A DNA stretch of 64,000 nt from Macrostomum lignano (Eukaryota), in assembly GCA_002269645.1 (NCBI GenBank), contig NIVC01002766.1:62001-126000 (forward strand), read 5' to 3'. Of the stretch, positions 1 through 12,825 are shown piece after piece (within the stretch, counting starts at the first letter, position 1; each line of letters begins with the position of its first letter). Under the pieces are notes generated by a model. That model did no database searches and was not told the origin of the DNA. It was given only the letters and a program-made list of their open reading frames with translations. The translations under genes were made by a program, and so were the position numbers.

Positions 1-87
<87 letters not shown>

Positions 88-118
88 TTTATCTATCTTA
101 TCTATCTTATCTATCTAT
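1..118. repeat. (TATC)n / (GATA)n microsatellite in SNRNP200 intron
   Basis: Near-perfect TATC tetramers from base 1, degenerating after about 88. Confidence 0.97.
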
Positions 119-142
119 CCACTCGCTAAAGCATTTTCTCAC

Positions 143-562
143 CTCGTCAGCGGCGCCGCACAGGACATCCCTGGGCTCGTCGCCCAGGCACTCCTGAATG
201 CAGTGCAGCAGGGACTCATAATTCCGCCTTGTCTCCGCAGTTTTCGGCCTATAAATCAATCCGGACATGCCGTCATCTTCCGTGGCCAGCACACCGCCTG
301 TGGCTTTCAGTTTGCCAACTTCGTAGCGACGATTCTCGTCACGCTTCTTGCGCTTTGCCTGCTTCTCTTCCACTCCGGTCGGCTTGGACCTGTAGGCCCG
401 GTCGCCCATTTTCGTGCCTTCCAGTTTGCCGGAAAGCGACTGCACAACGCCTGTGGACTCATCGCGGGGACGCCGATCGATCAGACTCTTGTCAGCTTGG
501 GTGACAATGTTCGAGTTGACTCGATATTCGAATTGCAGATTCCTGGCCGCTTCACCAGCCAT
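143..562 (-). CDS. SNRNP200: U5 snRNP 200 kDa helicase (Brr2), first coding exon; gene continues off the left edge
   Basis: [38 protein letters not shown]...[10 protein letters not shown] matches the Brr2 N-terminus (human [30 protein letters not shown]); phase-0 donor GAG|GTGAGA at 143/142; 140 codons. Confidence 0.95.
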
Positions 563-675
563 GACTGCTCAAGTAGTGTAGGAACTGGTGTTTGAATTCT
601 CTGCTTTCACTTGTTATAGTGGTTTTTGCTTGATTATTGCATGCATCAGTTAGTGTGGGGTGATTTTAATTAGCT

Positions 676-2170
676 TGGGATGATTAATAAATAGTGCGGG
701 ATGATTATCAATAGTTTGGGATGAGTATTAGTTTGGGATGATTATCAGTAGTTTAGGATGATTATCAATAGTTTAGGATGATTATCAGTAGTTTGGGATG
801 ATTATCAATAGTTTAGGATGATTATCATTAGTTTGGGATGATTATCAATAGTTTAGGATGATTATCATTAGTTTAGGATGATTATCAATAGTTTGGGATG
901 AGTATTAGTGTGGGATGATTATCAGTAGTTTAGGATGATTATCAGTAGTTTAGGATGATTATCAATAGTTTAGGATGATTATCAGTAGTTTGGGATGATT
1001 ATCAATAGTTTAGGATGATTATCATTAGTTTTGGATGATTATCAGTAGTTTGGGATGATTATCAATAGTTTAGGATGATTATCATTAGTTTAGGATGATT
1101 ATCAGTAGTTTGGGATGATTATCAATAGTTTAGGATGATTATCATTAGTTTAGGATGATTATCAGTAGTTTGGGATGATTATCAATAGTGTGGGATGATT
1201 ATCAATAGTTTAGGATGATTATCAGTAGTTTGGGATGATTATCAATAGTTTAGGATGATTATCATTAGTTTAGGATGATTATCATTAGTTTAGGATGATT
1301 ATCAGTAGTTTGGGATGATTATCAATAGTTTAGGATGATTATCATTAGTTTAGGATGATTATCAGTAGTTTGGGATGATTATCAATAGTGTGGGATGATT
1401 ATCAATAGTTTAGGATGATTATCAGTAGTTTGGGATGATTATCAATAGTTTAGGATGACTATCATTAGTTTAGGATGATTATCAATAGTTTAGGATGATT
1501 ATCAGTAGTTTGGGATGATTATCAATAGTCTGGGATGATTATCAATAGTTTAGGATGATTATCAGTAGTTTGGGATGATTATCAATAGTTTAGGATGATT
1601 ATCAGTAGTTTGGGATGATTATCAATAGTCTGGGATGATTATCAATAGTTTAGGATGATTATCATTAGTTTAGGATGATTATCAGTAGTTTGGGATGATT
1701 ATCAATAGTGTGGGATGATTATCAATAGTCTGGGATGATTATCAATAGTTTAGGATGATTATCAATAGTTTAGGATGACTATCATTAGTTTAGGATGATT
1801 ATCAATAGTTTAGGATGATTATCAGTAGTTTGGGATGATTATCAATAGTCTGGGATGATTATCAATAGTTTAGGATGATTATCAGTAGTTTGGGATGATT
1901 ATCAATAGTTTAGGATGATTATCAATAGTTTGGGATGATTATCAATAGTTTGGGATGATTATCAATAGTGTGGGATGATTATCAATAGTTTGGGATGATT
2001 ATCAATAGTTTGGGATGATTATCAATAGTGTGGGATGATTATCAATAGTGTGGGATGATTATCAATAGTTTGGGATGATTATCAATAGTTTGGGATGATT
2101 ATCAATAGTTTGGGATGATTATCAATAGTGTGGGATGATTATCAATAGTGTGGGATGATTATCAATAGTT
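676..2170. repeat. 20-bp minisatellite (GGATGATTATCAATAGTTTA and variants), about 74 units
   Basis: Period 20 visible as aligned columns in 60-base lines. Confidence 0.97.
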
Positions 2171-2761
2171 CGGCATGATGGGTAGCATAGTAGCCTATAT
2201 CTACCAGTGGGCATTGGACATATACACAAATAAATTTTGAAATTAGCAAAGCCAAACAAATGAAACATATTTTCGCCACAAGTTTTATTAATGCAGAACA
2301 GATGCAAAGGCAAAGGTAGAAGAATAGAACAGAGAAACTCAGCCTAGCAACATATATAGCTAAGTGGCAAAAGCAGACAAACAACAGACAAATTGCTTTT
2401 AGTAGCATAAGATATAACAAAGCAGTTAAATATCTACTAGAATAATTCGTAGCTACAATCAGGAGAAAAACGATATCATAAAGAACAACCGCGCGAGCGA
2501 GAACACTGTTTAACAAAACAAAAACATCATCATCAATGTAAGAACGTTGTGCGCGACAGAGTTAACAATGAAAATTTACCAGCATCATTTTTTGGCACAC
2601 AAAGTTGTTTTTTTTTTAAAACGGCGTGAAAAATCTGGGAGCAAACAAAGGAATACGCCACAGCCGTGTGAGTTTTTGCTCAGCTTACATGATAGCTTTG
2701 CTTGTAGTGAACAGCCAGTTCGGCTAAATATGTCTTGAAATTTAATTCGTTAGTTAGATAT

Positions 2762-3630
2762 TGGGGAATTACAAATCGCTAATAGAGATTAAAAGGGAAT
2801 TACAAATCGCTAATAGAGATAAAAGGGAATTACAAATCGCTAATAGAGATTAAAAGGGAATTACAAATCGCTAATAGAGATAAAAGGGAATTACAAATCG
2901 CTAATAGAGATTAAAAGGGAATTACAAATCGCTAATAGAGATAAAAGGGAATTACAAATCGCTAATAGAGATTAAAAGGGAATTACAAATCGCTAATAGA
3001 GATAAAAGGGAATTACAAATCGCTAATAGAGATTAAAAGGGAATTACAAATCGCTAATAGAGATAAAAGGGAATTACAAATCGCTAATAGAGATAAAAGG
3101 GAATTACAAATCGCTAATAGAGATAAAGGGGGATTACAAATCGCTAATAGAGATTAAAAGGGAATTACAAATCGCTAATAGAGATAAAAGGGGATTACAA
3201 ATCGCTAATAGAGATAAAAGGGAATTACAAATCGCTAATAGAGATAAAGGGGGATTACAAATCGCTAATAGAGATAAAAGGGGGATTACAAATCGATAAT
3301 AGAGATAACGGGGAATTACAAATCGATAATAGAGATAGGGGGAATGACAAATGGCTAAAAGGCTCGATAAAAAGAAATTACAAGTCGTTATTAGAATAAA
3401 GGGGGTAACAAATCTCTAATAGGGATAAAGGGGAATCACAGAATCACTCATTAAGATAACGGAGAATTATATATCGCTCATAGAATAAATGAAATTACCT
3501 ATAGCTATTAAGATAAAGGGGAATTACAAAATCGCTACTTAAGATTAAGGGGAATTACAAAATCGCTCATAAAGATGAAGGGGAATAAAAAATGGTCATA
3601 GAATTAAAGGAGAATTACAAATCGTTACCC
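2762..3630. repeat. 30/31-bp minisatellite (GGGAATTACAAATCGCTAATAGAGA(T)TAAAA), decaying rightward
   Basis: Clean units 2764-3330, initially alternating 31 and 30 bp, then degenerate copies. Confidence 0.95.
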
Positions 3631-3936
3631 GTTGATCTGATTAACAAATACAAGGGAAATTAAGGGCAATAGGGTAGATAATTCTACACTCAAAGTACAA
3701 TAACAAGAAAAGAATTAGATAAAATTGAATCACACAGAAAAAGACAAATAAGCAATGTGACTATATGAATCGGTAGTCTGATTAAATCCTGTGCTTAGAT
3801 TGCAAGGTAAGGTAGGCGATAGGCATTCAATAAATAGGACATGACGCAAACACATGCATGCAGAGCAGATTACTAATTAACATGTAAGAGAATTTGCAAA
3901 GATAACACAATTAGATTACACAGACGCATGCATTAT

Positions 3937-4347
3937 TCAAAGTCCATTGTAGACACGCTGAGCGGAGTCCTGCTTCAGCAGACGTTTGACAGCCTCTTTA
4001 TCCTCGGGTGGCAGGGTTAGGCCCTTGGGAAATTCCACATCGAATGTGATAAACAGGGAGCCTTTAACATTATTATTCTCATAATTTGGCATGCCTTCGT
4101 TGGCTTTGCGAAGCATCGCGCCAGGCCAAGTGACTTTCTCGCGTGTGACGCGGACCTTGTGCCCGTCCAGATGTTCGATGTCCATGGAGAAACCATTCAG
4201 AGCGTCCACTAGGGTGATGCTCAGGTTGGTGTACAGGTCGTCGCCGCGGCGTTGGAATCGGGGATGCTTCAGCTGGTGGATGCGAAAGCGGAGGTCGCCC
4301 GGCTCGCCGTCGATGTGGGGCTCGCCTTCGGCCACGAACGGGTAGAT
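3937..4347 (-). CDS. DNAJB11: DNAJB11/ERdj3 exon 4 (last)
   Basis: [23 protein letters not shown]...HLDGHKV...[17 protein letters not shown]...VYNGL*; acceptor CCCCCAG|ATC, phase 0. Confidence 0.95.
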   Translation of the reverse strand: MYPFVAEGEPHIDGEPGDLRFRIHQLKHPRFQRRGDDLYTNLSITLVDALNGFSMDIEHLDGHKVRVTREKVTWPGAMLRKANEGMPNYENNNVKGSLFITFDVEFPKGLTLPPEDKEAVKRLLKQDSAQRVYNGL

Positions 4348-4541
4348 CTGGGGGTGGAGGGCGCGGGATTGGCGCTTGTGTGTTGCGGCTTTGACATCAT
4401 TGCCTGAAATAGTGGACTATTGCCTAAAATATAGGGTGATTATCCAGGAGTATAGAATTATTTTCTAGGAGTAGAGATACCGACAACCCATTTTTAGTAG
4501 CTCGTATATGGACTAGCCATTTAGCCCCCCCCCCACGATGA

Positions 4542-4787
4542 TTATCCAGGAATATATGGTGATTATCTATTAGTATAAAGTGATTATCCAGGAGTATAGT
4601 ATGATTATCCAGGAATATAGGGTGGTTATCTATAAGTATAAAGTGATTATCCAGGAGTATAGAATGATTATCCAGGAATATAGGGTGATTATCGATAAGT
4701 ATAAAGTGATTATCCAGGAGTATAAGATGACTATCTAGGAATATAGGGTGATTATCTATAAGTATAAAGTTATTATCCAGGAGTATA
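4542..4787. repeat. About 21-bp degenerate repeat (GTGATTATCCAGGA(A/G)TATAG) arranged as a three-unit higher-order repeat, DNAJB11 intron 3
   Basis: GATTAT-anchored subunits recurring in a fixed order of three variants. Confidence 0.85.
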
Positions 4788-4966
4788 TGCCCATTGTTTT
4801 GAGAAGTATGGTGAATTCTATTAAAATTTTTTTATCGAACTCTCTTATAATATTAATTTATTAAATTGGACATTGGGCGATTTTTAACATAGCTGATAGG
4901 TAAAGAGCGATTATTTCGACAATTTACGAGCTTAGGCAAGATTCCATTTATCGAAAGAAGACCAAC

Positions 4967-5398
4967 CTGTCCATCTCTCATTCCAGGCTCAATCTCCAAC
5001 TCCAGCAGCTTCTCCTCCGGAACTAACGTGACATTTTCGCACTCGTCGCAGACTTCCTCCTGGGTCATCTGGAACCGGCCCGGCCCCAGTGACCTCGTTC
5101 GCATCTCGTGCCGACAGTTGCAGCGACGCTTGCCCGGGGCCTTCTTCTTCACCGGCTTGTTGCGGACAATCTCCACGAAGTTGCCATTGTACAGCTCCTC
5201 CAAGGTCACGTCGAGGTTGACCACAACGTCGCCGCCTCGGGGAATCTCTCGCTCCTGGTTGCCGCCGCCAGTGTGGAATTGAAACATGTCGCCGAAGAAC
5301 GACGAGAACGGGTCGCTGCCGCCCCGTCCAACGCCGTCCTTCAAGCCTTCCTCGCCGTGGGCGTCGTAGATTTTGCGCTTCTCCGGGTCCGACAGCAC
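4967..5398 (-). CDS. DNAJB11: DNAJB11 exon 3
   Basis: [19 protein letters not shown]...RCNCRHEM...CDECENV...[10 protein letters not shown]; acceptor TTCCCCAG|GTG, donor CAG|GTTGGT; 144 codons. Confidence 0.95.
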
Positions 5399-5399
5399 C

Positions 5400-5690
5400 T
5401 GGGGAATTACAAATTGGATTAATGGGGAATTACAATTCGGATAAAAGGGGTATTAGAAAATGGAGAAATAGGGAAGAAATAATTATAAGATTAGGGAATT
5501 ACAAATTGCGTTAAATGGGGAATCACAAATTGGGGAATTACAATTCAGATAAAAGGGCCATTAGAAATTGGATAAATGGGGAATCAAATGATTGAACAAT
5601 TAGGGAATTACAAATTGGAAAATGGAAAATCATAAATGGTATTAAAGAAAAATACAAAATGGATGAAATGGAAATTACAAAGTGGTAATT
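5400..5690. repeat. Degenerate GGGAATTACAAATT repeats, DNAJB11 intron 2
   Basis: About 8 diverged copies; same core as the 2762-3630 array. Confidence 0.75.
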
Positions 5691-5744
5691 CAAAACTGAA
5701 ATTCAAAACAGTAGTTCACCATTTCCAAAAAAACAAATCATTAC

Positions 5745-5901
5745 CTCATAAGCAGCATTCAGATCGCGGAACCTCTCCTCAGCTTTGGGATCGTCCCGAT
5801 TGCGATCCGGGTGCAGCTGTTTAGCCAGGCCTCGGTAGGCCTTCTTCACCTGGTTAACAGTGGCCGCCCGTTGCACCCCAAGGATCTTGTAGAAGTCGCG
5901 A
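5745..5901 (-). CDS. DNAJB11: DNAJB11 exon 2 (J domain; not called in the ORF track)
   Basis: Manual translation (G)[52 protein letters not shown] with HPD motif; acceptor AACAG|T (phase 2), donor GAG|GTAATG. Confidence 0.95.
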
Positions 5902-8900
5902 CTGTTAAGGTGTGAAGTTTAATGCTAGTGAAACTTTTTTTGCCATGGGGTTTTTAAGTATCAGAATTACAGGGGGATAAATAGTGGTAGAACTCTTGAC
6001 TAAACAGATTGTCAATCGACTTCTTAACCAATTCCACAAAGCCAGCTACCATGCTCTCTAGTTTAATGGCATTCATTTCAAGAGCAAACAGAATGTTTTC
6101 ATGAATCTAACTCCTTGAGCTGCTGGTTTTATTATTCTTGGATCATGGATCAAAGTGACATTTACCTAACTAGACTGCTTCATATTGAGTATCTGAGTAA
6201 CATAGTCAATTTGACAAAGGACCAAATAGCCAGAAGGATGGAGCATAACATTCTATGCTTTCAAATGCAATACTGATCAAATAAGCTTGCTCATATTTAG
6301 CCAAATATATTTCTATTTTAGATATTTTAACTTAATATAAAATTAAAATCCTAATACATCAAATAAGTATAAATATAAAACTTGCCTTGATTAGTTAATT
6401 TAATTATATCTAGATTTCAAAATACTTTAGAAAATATTTAACCAAGTTGCCTTGCTAAACAATTTAGTCCTAATAATTATTCATTATGAGTTTTATGATA
6501 AAACAAAGCTTATAATTTAGGTTAGGTGACAATTTTATTTGATAAGCAATGGGGCAGGACTGCTAGCTAAATAATAGAAAGCTTATTTGATAGGTGCCAG
6601 CTAAAGAAGCACTGTCAATGCATTAACCTTGCTTTATTTATAATGAATCTAATTTGACAATGGATCAAATTTTCAGCTAGTATTTTGTTAATTGGGGAGC
6701 CATTGCCCTTAGGTCACTTCATTAACTAGCCAATCAATAGACTTCTAAATGTGGTCACTTTGTCAATTGTGTATAGGGGCATAACTAGGGAAGGGACACT
6801 AGGGACATATCTCCCCTAGGAGATGGACTTTTTTACTGCCTTTGCATTTTTGCTTCTATTGCTAACACTGAATAGATTGATGTCTTTGTCCCCCCTGATA
6901 TAAATCCTAGCTATATATCTGGCTATGCATTATATACATATACCAAGGTAGAATTCATCCCAAAAACAAAAAACCCATTCTGCATAGAAAGTAAATAAAA
7001 TAAATGCATGTGTAAAACTTGCATTTTATACTATTAATGCATAATATATTTTTAAACTTGCAACCATATTTAAATCTTTCCTTGGCCTTAAATATGTTTG
7101 AATTTTCTAAATTATTTAAATTCAAATTCAAATTTTAAATTTAAAATTGAATTACAACAAAGTAAAAAGGATATTTTAAAAAAATAATGAATAATAATAA
7201 ATAATTAGCCAATTAATAACTGAATATTACCCTTTAAAAATCATCACAATATACTAAATCTCTAAGGTTTGTCTGTCTGACTGGTATTTCAGTCTTCATG
7301 ACTAAAGACCTTTATACAGAGCTCAATTTTCCAAACACATTTGGCACCAAAGTAATTACCACACTCCAGATCATGTAGTATATGCCTAAAAATTTGGGTG
7401 TGCATTGGCTTTGCATGCCAAAAGTAGGCATGCACAATTGGCATGCATCAATCCTAAAAAATAGTGTGTGTGCATACCTGGCATGTGCTTCATAGAATCA
7501 CGTGACAGTTATTGTGAAATAGAAAAAAGATAAAAATAGGTTTATTTTAAGTGTAAAGTTCAAGCCTTCCAGGTTTTTAAGCTTGTAATGAAGCATTTAA
7601 ACAAATCTTTTGCATATACTAATTTTCCACTATAAACTATATTGTTGAAAAAGCAGAAAAATAAACCAAATTATTTGCCAAAAAAGGTTCATAAAGCAAG
7701 TCAAAAAAGGTCACTTATAGTTATCATCACAATATAAAAAAGGTCATTTATTGTCACAATATAAAAAGGTCATTAATTTTTGCAAAACTGGCATAGTTTT
7801 GAGAAATAGGCATGCATTCAATTTTTTGGCATGCATTTATAATTATTTGATTTTTTTTATGCATGCACCTAGCATGATCCGGACTATGGAGTAATTATAA
7901 TAAGCTTTAATTAAAAACTTTGTCAATTGCTGCTAATTTTGCCAAATAGATAGTTTATCAATTGCAAATATTGCTATCCCTACCAAATAATCACTTTGTC
8001 AACCATTTGAGGAAATATTAGTTGACAAAGTGATTAGGCTAGCATCCTAATATAATATGTATTGTGGGTGCGCAACCATATATACTTAACTCTATGTTCA
8101 ATGTGTGGCCCGTCAGGCACATTGATTTGCAAAATGCATTATGCAATAATCTAACATCCAATTTTTCTCACAGTGTGCATATTAATATATATAAATACAG
8201 GCCGTGGTCCAGAAAGACTCACTAATTTCTTTTCTAGCAACCAAACCTACACATTCAATACACAACAATATGCAACATTTTTAAATGAAATCATGCAACA
8301 TTTTTGTAATTGCAAAAACCTACATATGTAAACCCTTTAAAGTTGTATAGGTTTACTAGAAATATGCTTACAAGTGTGCAAGTTTTTGTCAATACACCAG
8401 GAATGCATCTAGGATTTTGTATAAAATTCTATCCTAGGCCTTAGTGTTCTACTATAATTATGGCTACAGTTCTGGGAAAATTAGGGGTGGCACTTTTTTA
8501 AGCAAAATTTGGTTATGGATTGCGGCTACGAAGATCTTGCCAATTGGCGGCTATAGTTATAGATTATGGAGATTTGGAGCACTATATGTAATTTCCCATA
8601 ATGTAATATAAAAATTAAAATAATAAATAATTAAATCTATTTTAACTAAAAAATGATTTTTTAGTAATTCATTATGCAATCAACTTTTATATTCTTTCCT
8701 AAAATAGATACATTATTGACTATTGGCCCATAACATATAAAATGTGTTTATATTTGTTGTACTAAACTAAACAAATCAACTTGATTCAAAAGAGAGTTTT
8801 CATTATTCACTTTTTGGCTTGATTGTCGTTGCACTTAAGTCTTTGCATTATAACCAAATTATAATTTTGGTTAAATAAATAGTTTAATGTAGTACAACAA

Positions 8901-10013
8901 AATATTTATTCAATATTTTTATGCAGATGTCATTTAGCAACAATTTTGTTATATATAATATGGCCATGGGAAAATTCAGAATATGGAGATTTTACTATCT
9001 AAAACATAACCAATTGCGGCTACGGAGATAGCATGATAAATTCGGTACAGCTATGGCTATGGAGTTACAAAGGTAGGTGGTAGAACACTACTAGGCCCTA
9101 ACCTTTAAGCCTAAGGCATCAGGGGCATAGCTAAGAATTTCCTATAGGGGGATATACCAAGGTGAATTTTCTATGGAGGGGACCAGGATGGAATTATTGC
9201 ACGAAAATTGCAACATGTTTTTGCAATTGGGAAAATTGCGAAAAATTGCACAATGCAAAAAAAAATTGCGCACCTGTACAGGCTGCAAAATATGCAACAA
9301 AAATTACAAATTATTTTATGACTGTTTGCACAGTTTAAATTACTGACTTTACAGTATTAAATGTAGAATTACTACAAAAACATAACATTTCATAGTTTGT
9401 TATTTACGAACTATTCAAATTTAAAATTTTTAGGCCCTACTTAAAAAACAAAGATAATCAGTCTTCTATTTATTGTAACGAGTCGTCTGAAAATGAAAGT
9501 ATGAGACTATCGCAAAACATTATTATGACAATTGGTAATGCCAAAAATTGCACCACTAAATTTTGTTTAAGATTGTAAAAATTGCATTTGGTTCAATATG
9601 GAATTGTGCGCCAAAAAAGTCACAATTTTCTGTTTCATATGCTACCTAGATGCAAGAATTCCATGCTGGTGGGGGGATATGGGGGTGCTATGACAGAGTC
9701 ACTTGGTAGCATGTATAGCAACAAAGGGCAAAAAAAATTTGGTCAGGCTCTTCAGGGGGAATACATCCCTACTATCCCCCCTCCCTACACCCTTGTAATG
9801 TAAGGTATGTATTAAGCAAGTGGCTATCAACAAAATATCTTGTCACAAAAGTGACTGTAATCCAAAACTTAAGCAAGACATTTAGACAAATTGCCTATAG
9901 AAGTATAGGGCCAGATCTTTAGTAGGGGGCCTAGGCCCTCCTGTCCTGAGGCCTCCTTTCAAATGGCATACATGTGATACATTTAGAAAGTAAAAAAATA
10001 CTAAATATCTTAC

Positions 10014-10081
10014 CCAGCAAAGCCATAATCAGTTAGAAGTACAAGAATAATAATGACAATAATATTGATATTCACGCGCAT
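10014..10081 (-). CDS. DNAJB11: DNAJB11 exon 1 (signal peptide MRVNINIIVIIILVLLTDYGFAG)
   Basis: ATG at 10081, hydrophobic h-region, AxA-like cleavage site, donor GG|GTAAGA whose phase 2 matches exon 2; joined CDS 1068 nt = 355 aa. Confidence 0.88.
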
Positions 10082-10586
10082 TGTTTTTGTAAACTGAAGG
10101 TATAGAGTCTAGATTTTACTTTGTTTATGAGCTACAGAGCTGGGTCTAGCCAATCGAAGTCTAAATGGATTCGCTATAGATTTAACCTATTGTCATTGAT
10201 ATTTTATATTAGGGCCTAATAAATTAGAATTTTAGTGACTTTCTAATTCTTATACTAAACCATTTGTTATTAGCTTTAACAACGGCTATTGACTAAATAG
10301 ACATCAACTACCACTTCGTATCGTGTCAATTCAGCTCGTTAACTTCGCAGTGAAAAATGACAAAATTTTCTGAAAATAGCATTTAAACTACCGCGAAGTG
10401 CGCCAGATCAAGATAAGTACAACAAATATAAAAAGCTTAGTCTTTAAACTAACATTATTTATTTTAAAACTAACTAATTCGGGTTAAAAAAATTTACGGA
10501 AACACGAAAGAAAAACTAATAGATTTAATGAATTTTTATCACGATAGGTTTTGGCGCCGTTTTAATTAACACGATAAACACTGCGC

Positions 10587-10602
10587 GGCCGGGTAAATCT
10601 CA
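10587..10602 (-). promoter_or_regulatory. 16-bp motif TGAGATTTACCCGGCC upstream of DNAJB11 (sense orientation)
   Basis: Exact reverse complement of 13905-13920. Confidence 0.4.
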
Positions 10603-12119
10603 GATTGAAATGTACGTAAGTTATAAACAAATTTTTTCTTACATCAGGAATTTCATTGTTAAATTAGAAGCAATTGTACATGAATTTAACTTTCGTTCAT
10701 AAAAAACTGATTAAAAAATATTTTTTTAAACTTTTAGTCAGAGTTTATGTTTTTTTGTGGCGATAGCGACCAAAAACGTATTTTTCTGACTTGTATCTTA
10801 AGTACGTTTTTTTGTTTCATAATGTTTTTTTGTGCACGTGTAATATATTTGTCTATGGGAAAATGACAGAAAATATTGGGGAAAACCTTCATCTGTGAGC
10901 TTGTGGATGTTTTACCGCTGTGTTTTCAATATTTATGAACTTATTTGGCCCTGTCTCGATTGCATGATATTTGTCTACTGTTAAAAAATTCCTGTAAGGT
11001 GTAAGTTTTCTGATAAACAATGCCAACCATTATGATCTTCAGTGATTCATTCTTTCAGATACATTTTAAATATTGTTATTCCATTTTATCTGCGACTGTC
11101 AATGCACTGTTACTTACTTATGCCTATTGATGTTACATTTAGACTTTTTTCATAAGCACAAAATTTCCTGTAAGGTGTAAGTTTACTCAGCTCATAAGCA
11201 TGTAAATGTTCCTAAATCTTCTAATTATGTAGAAAAATACTAAACAAAGAGTAGTTTTTCATTGCATGTTCTTGTGATTTTACTAAAGAAGTATAGACCT
11301 TATTAAGTTCATTATATTGGGTTTTAACCATTTATAGCCAAGTAGCATACTTAAGTAAGCAGTTTTGTTTATGTTTGTGTGAAAATCTGTGATGATTCAC
11401 TTCTAATGATATTCACTTTTGATCTTATGAGTATATCTTGAGCTCTAACGCTCAGTAATCCACAGAAAAATTCTAATTTATTCCTGCCAATCTATTTAGT
11501 ATGTTCCTCTAATATCACCATATTTGAATGCTGTTTTGGCTAGCATAAGCAAAGGACAATAGGTACGGCAGGAACCTTTAGAAATAGATCATATGCTTAG
11601 GTCAAAGTAAAAAGAATGCTGGTATTGTATATTTTAATTGTATTTAATGACCCCTTAGAAAGCCTTTTTAATTAAGAAGCATATCTAATGCTAGATCCGA
11701 AGGAGCAGCGTAATTCGTTGTACGAGTATATTAAGTTCATTACAAGTAACACTAGCATAGTCTATCTACTTCTATTTGTATTTATTTCTATATGTAGCAG
11801 TATATGTTTACCTTGCAATCTGAATGCCATATATATTATTCTATTTAGTCATTTTCAATTGAACTCTGCTATCTCGGTGTTTACATGCAAAAATAGAAAG
11901 TGAGAGTCTATCTGCCTTTTTGTAAATTTTGGCAATTTTTAATGTTGACATTCTTAAAATTACTACACTTATTTTCTTTAAATTGATACCAGATACCATG
12001 AAGATGATTATAACTCATTCTTATATGGTTTCTGAGATACACAAATTGACTTCAAAATTCAGCTGCTGCAGCACCTGCTCTTTGAGCTGAGCTGTAATTA
12101 AATGTCATTCAATATACAC

Positions 12120-12825
12120 AACCAATTTTGACAACTCGTTGCTTTCTCGTCGATAGCGTCGAGAAAGTTGTTGGGCAACGATGACTTGTTGCCAGCTTCC
12201 TGACTGTCATCGAGATGATGCGGCACCCATCGAACAGTGACGTACTGCAGCCACAGGTCCTCTATGCATTTGAGAGTTTGGTGGATGGTGGATGAAGGAG
12301 CTTTACTGAGTTCCGCCATTTCTTTGCATGTCCATCGCGGATCGATTTCCAGCAGACCACGGATGAGTTTGATGCTGCTCTCGGTCCGCACTTTCCGGGG
12401 TCTCCCAGATCTTGGCTCATTCAGAGTCGAAGTGCAGCCATCTCTTGAAGCGATCATACCTCTTGTACACATCGCGCTGGCAAAGTTCATCCTTGCTGTA
12501 CGCGTCTACAAGCTGTAGGTGACTTGTGTAGCTGGCATTCCTCGCAGCCATTCAGATTTAATTTACCACCGCTGCTCTTCCTGCGGTTCATCTCCCAAAA
12601 CCGCGACGTCGGCCGAAGAGGGAAAGCAATGGTGATGACAATCGCGGTGGGGTTATAATAATGCGAGCTAAGAAAGGAGAAAGGTGCAAATACGAGCTAG
12701 ATAGCTCAAGTGCGCAGGAAACGACTGCTGCTGGTCGCAGGACAGCTGTGGTAACAGCTGCAGCGACTAGAGCGATGTCTGTGGTAGAAATGGATCGATT
12801 GCACGAACTTTTGAGACGCCCCTTG
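12120..12825 (-). mobile_element. Truncated, frameshifted mariner (Tc1/mariner) element: 5' TIR plus N-terminal transposase remnant
   Basis: Minus-strand end TA-CAAGGGGCGTCTCAAAAGTTCGTG (TA at 12826-12827); remnants EPRSGRP, RWVPHHL, LSRRYRRE; stops and frameshifts; no catalytic DD34D region or second TIR seen. Confidence 0.85.
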
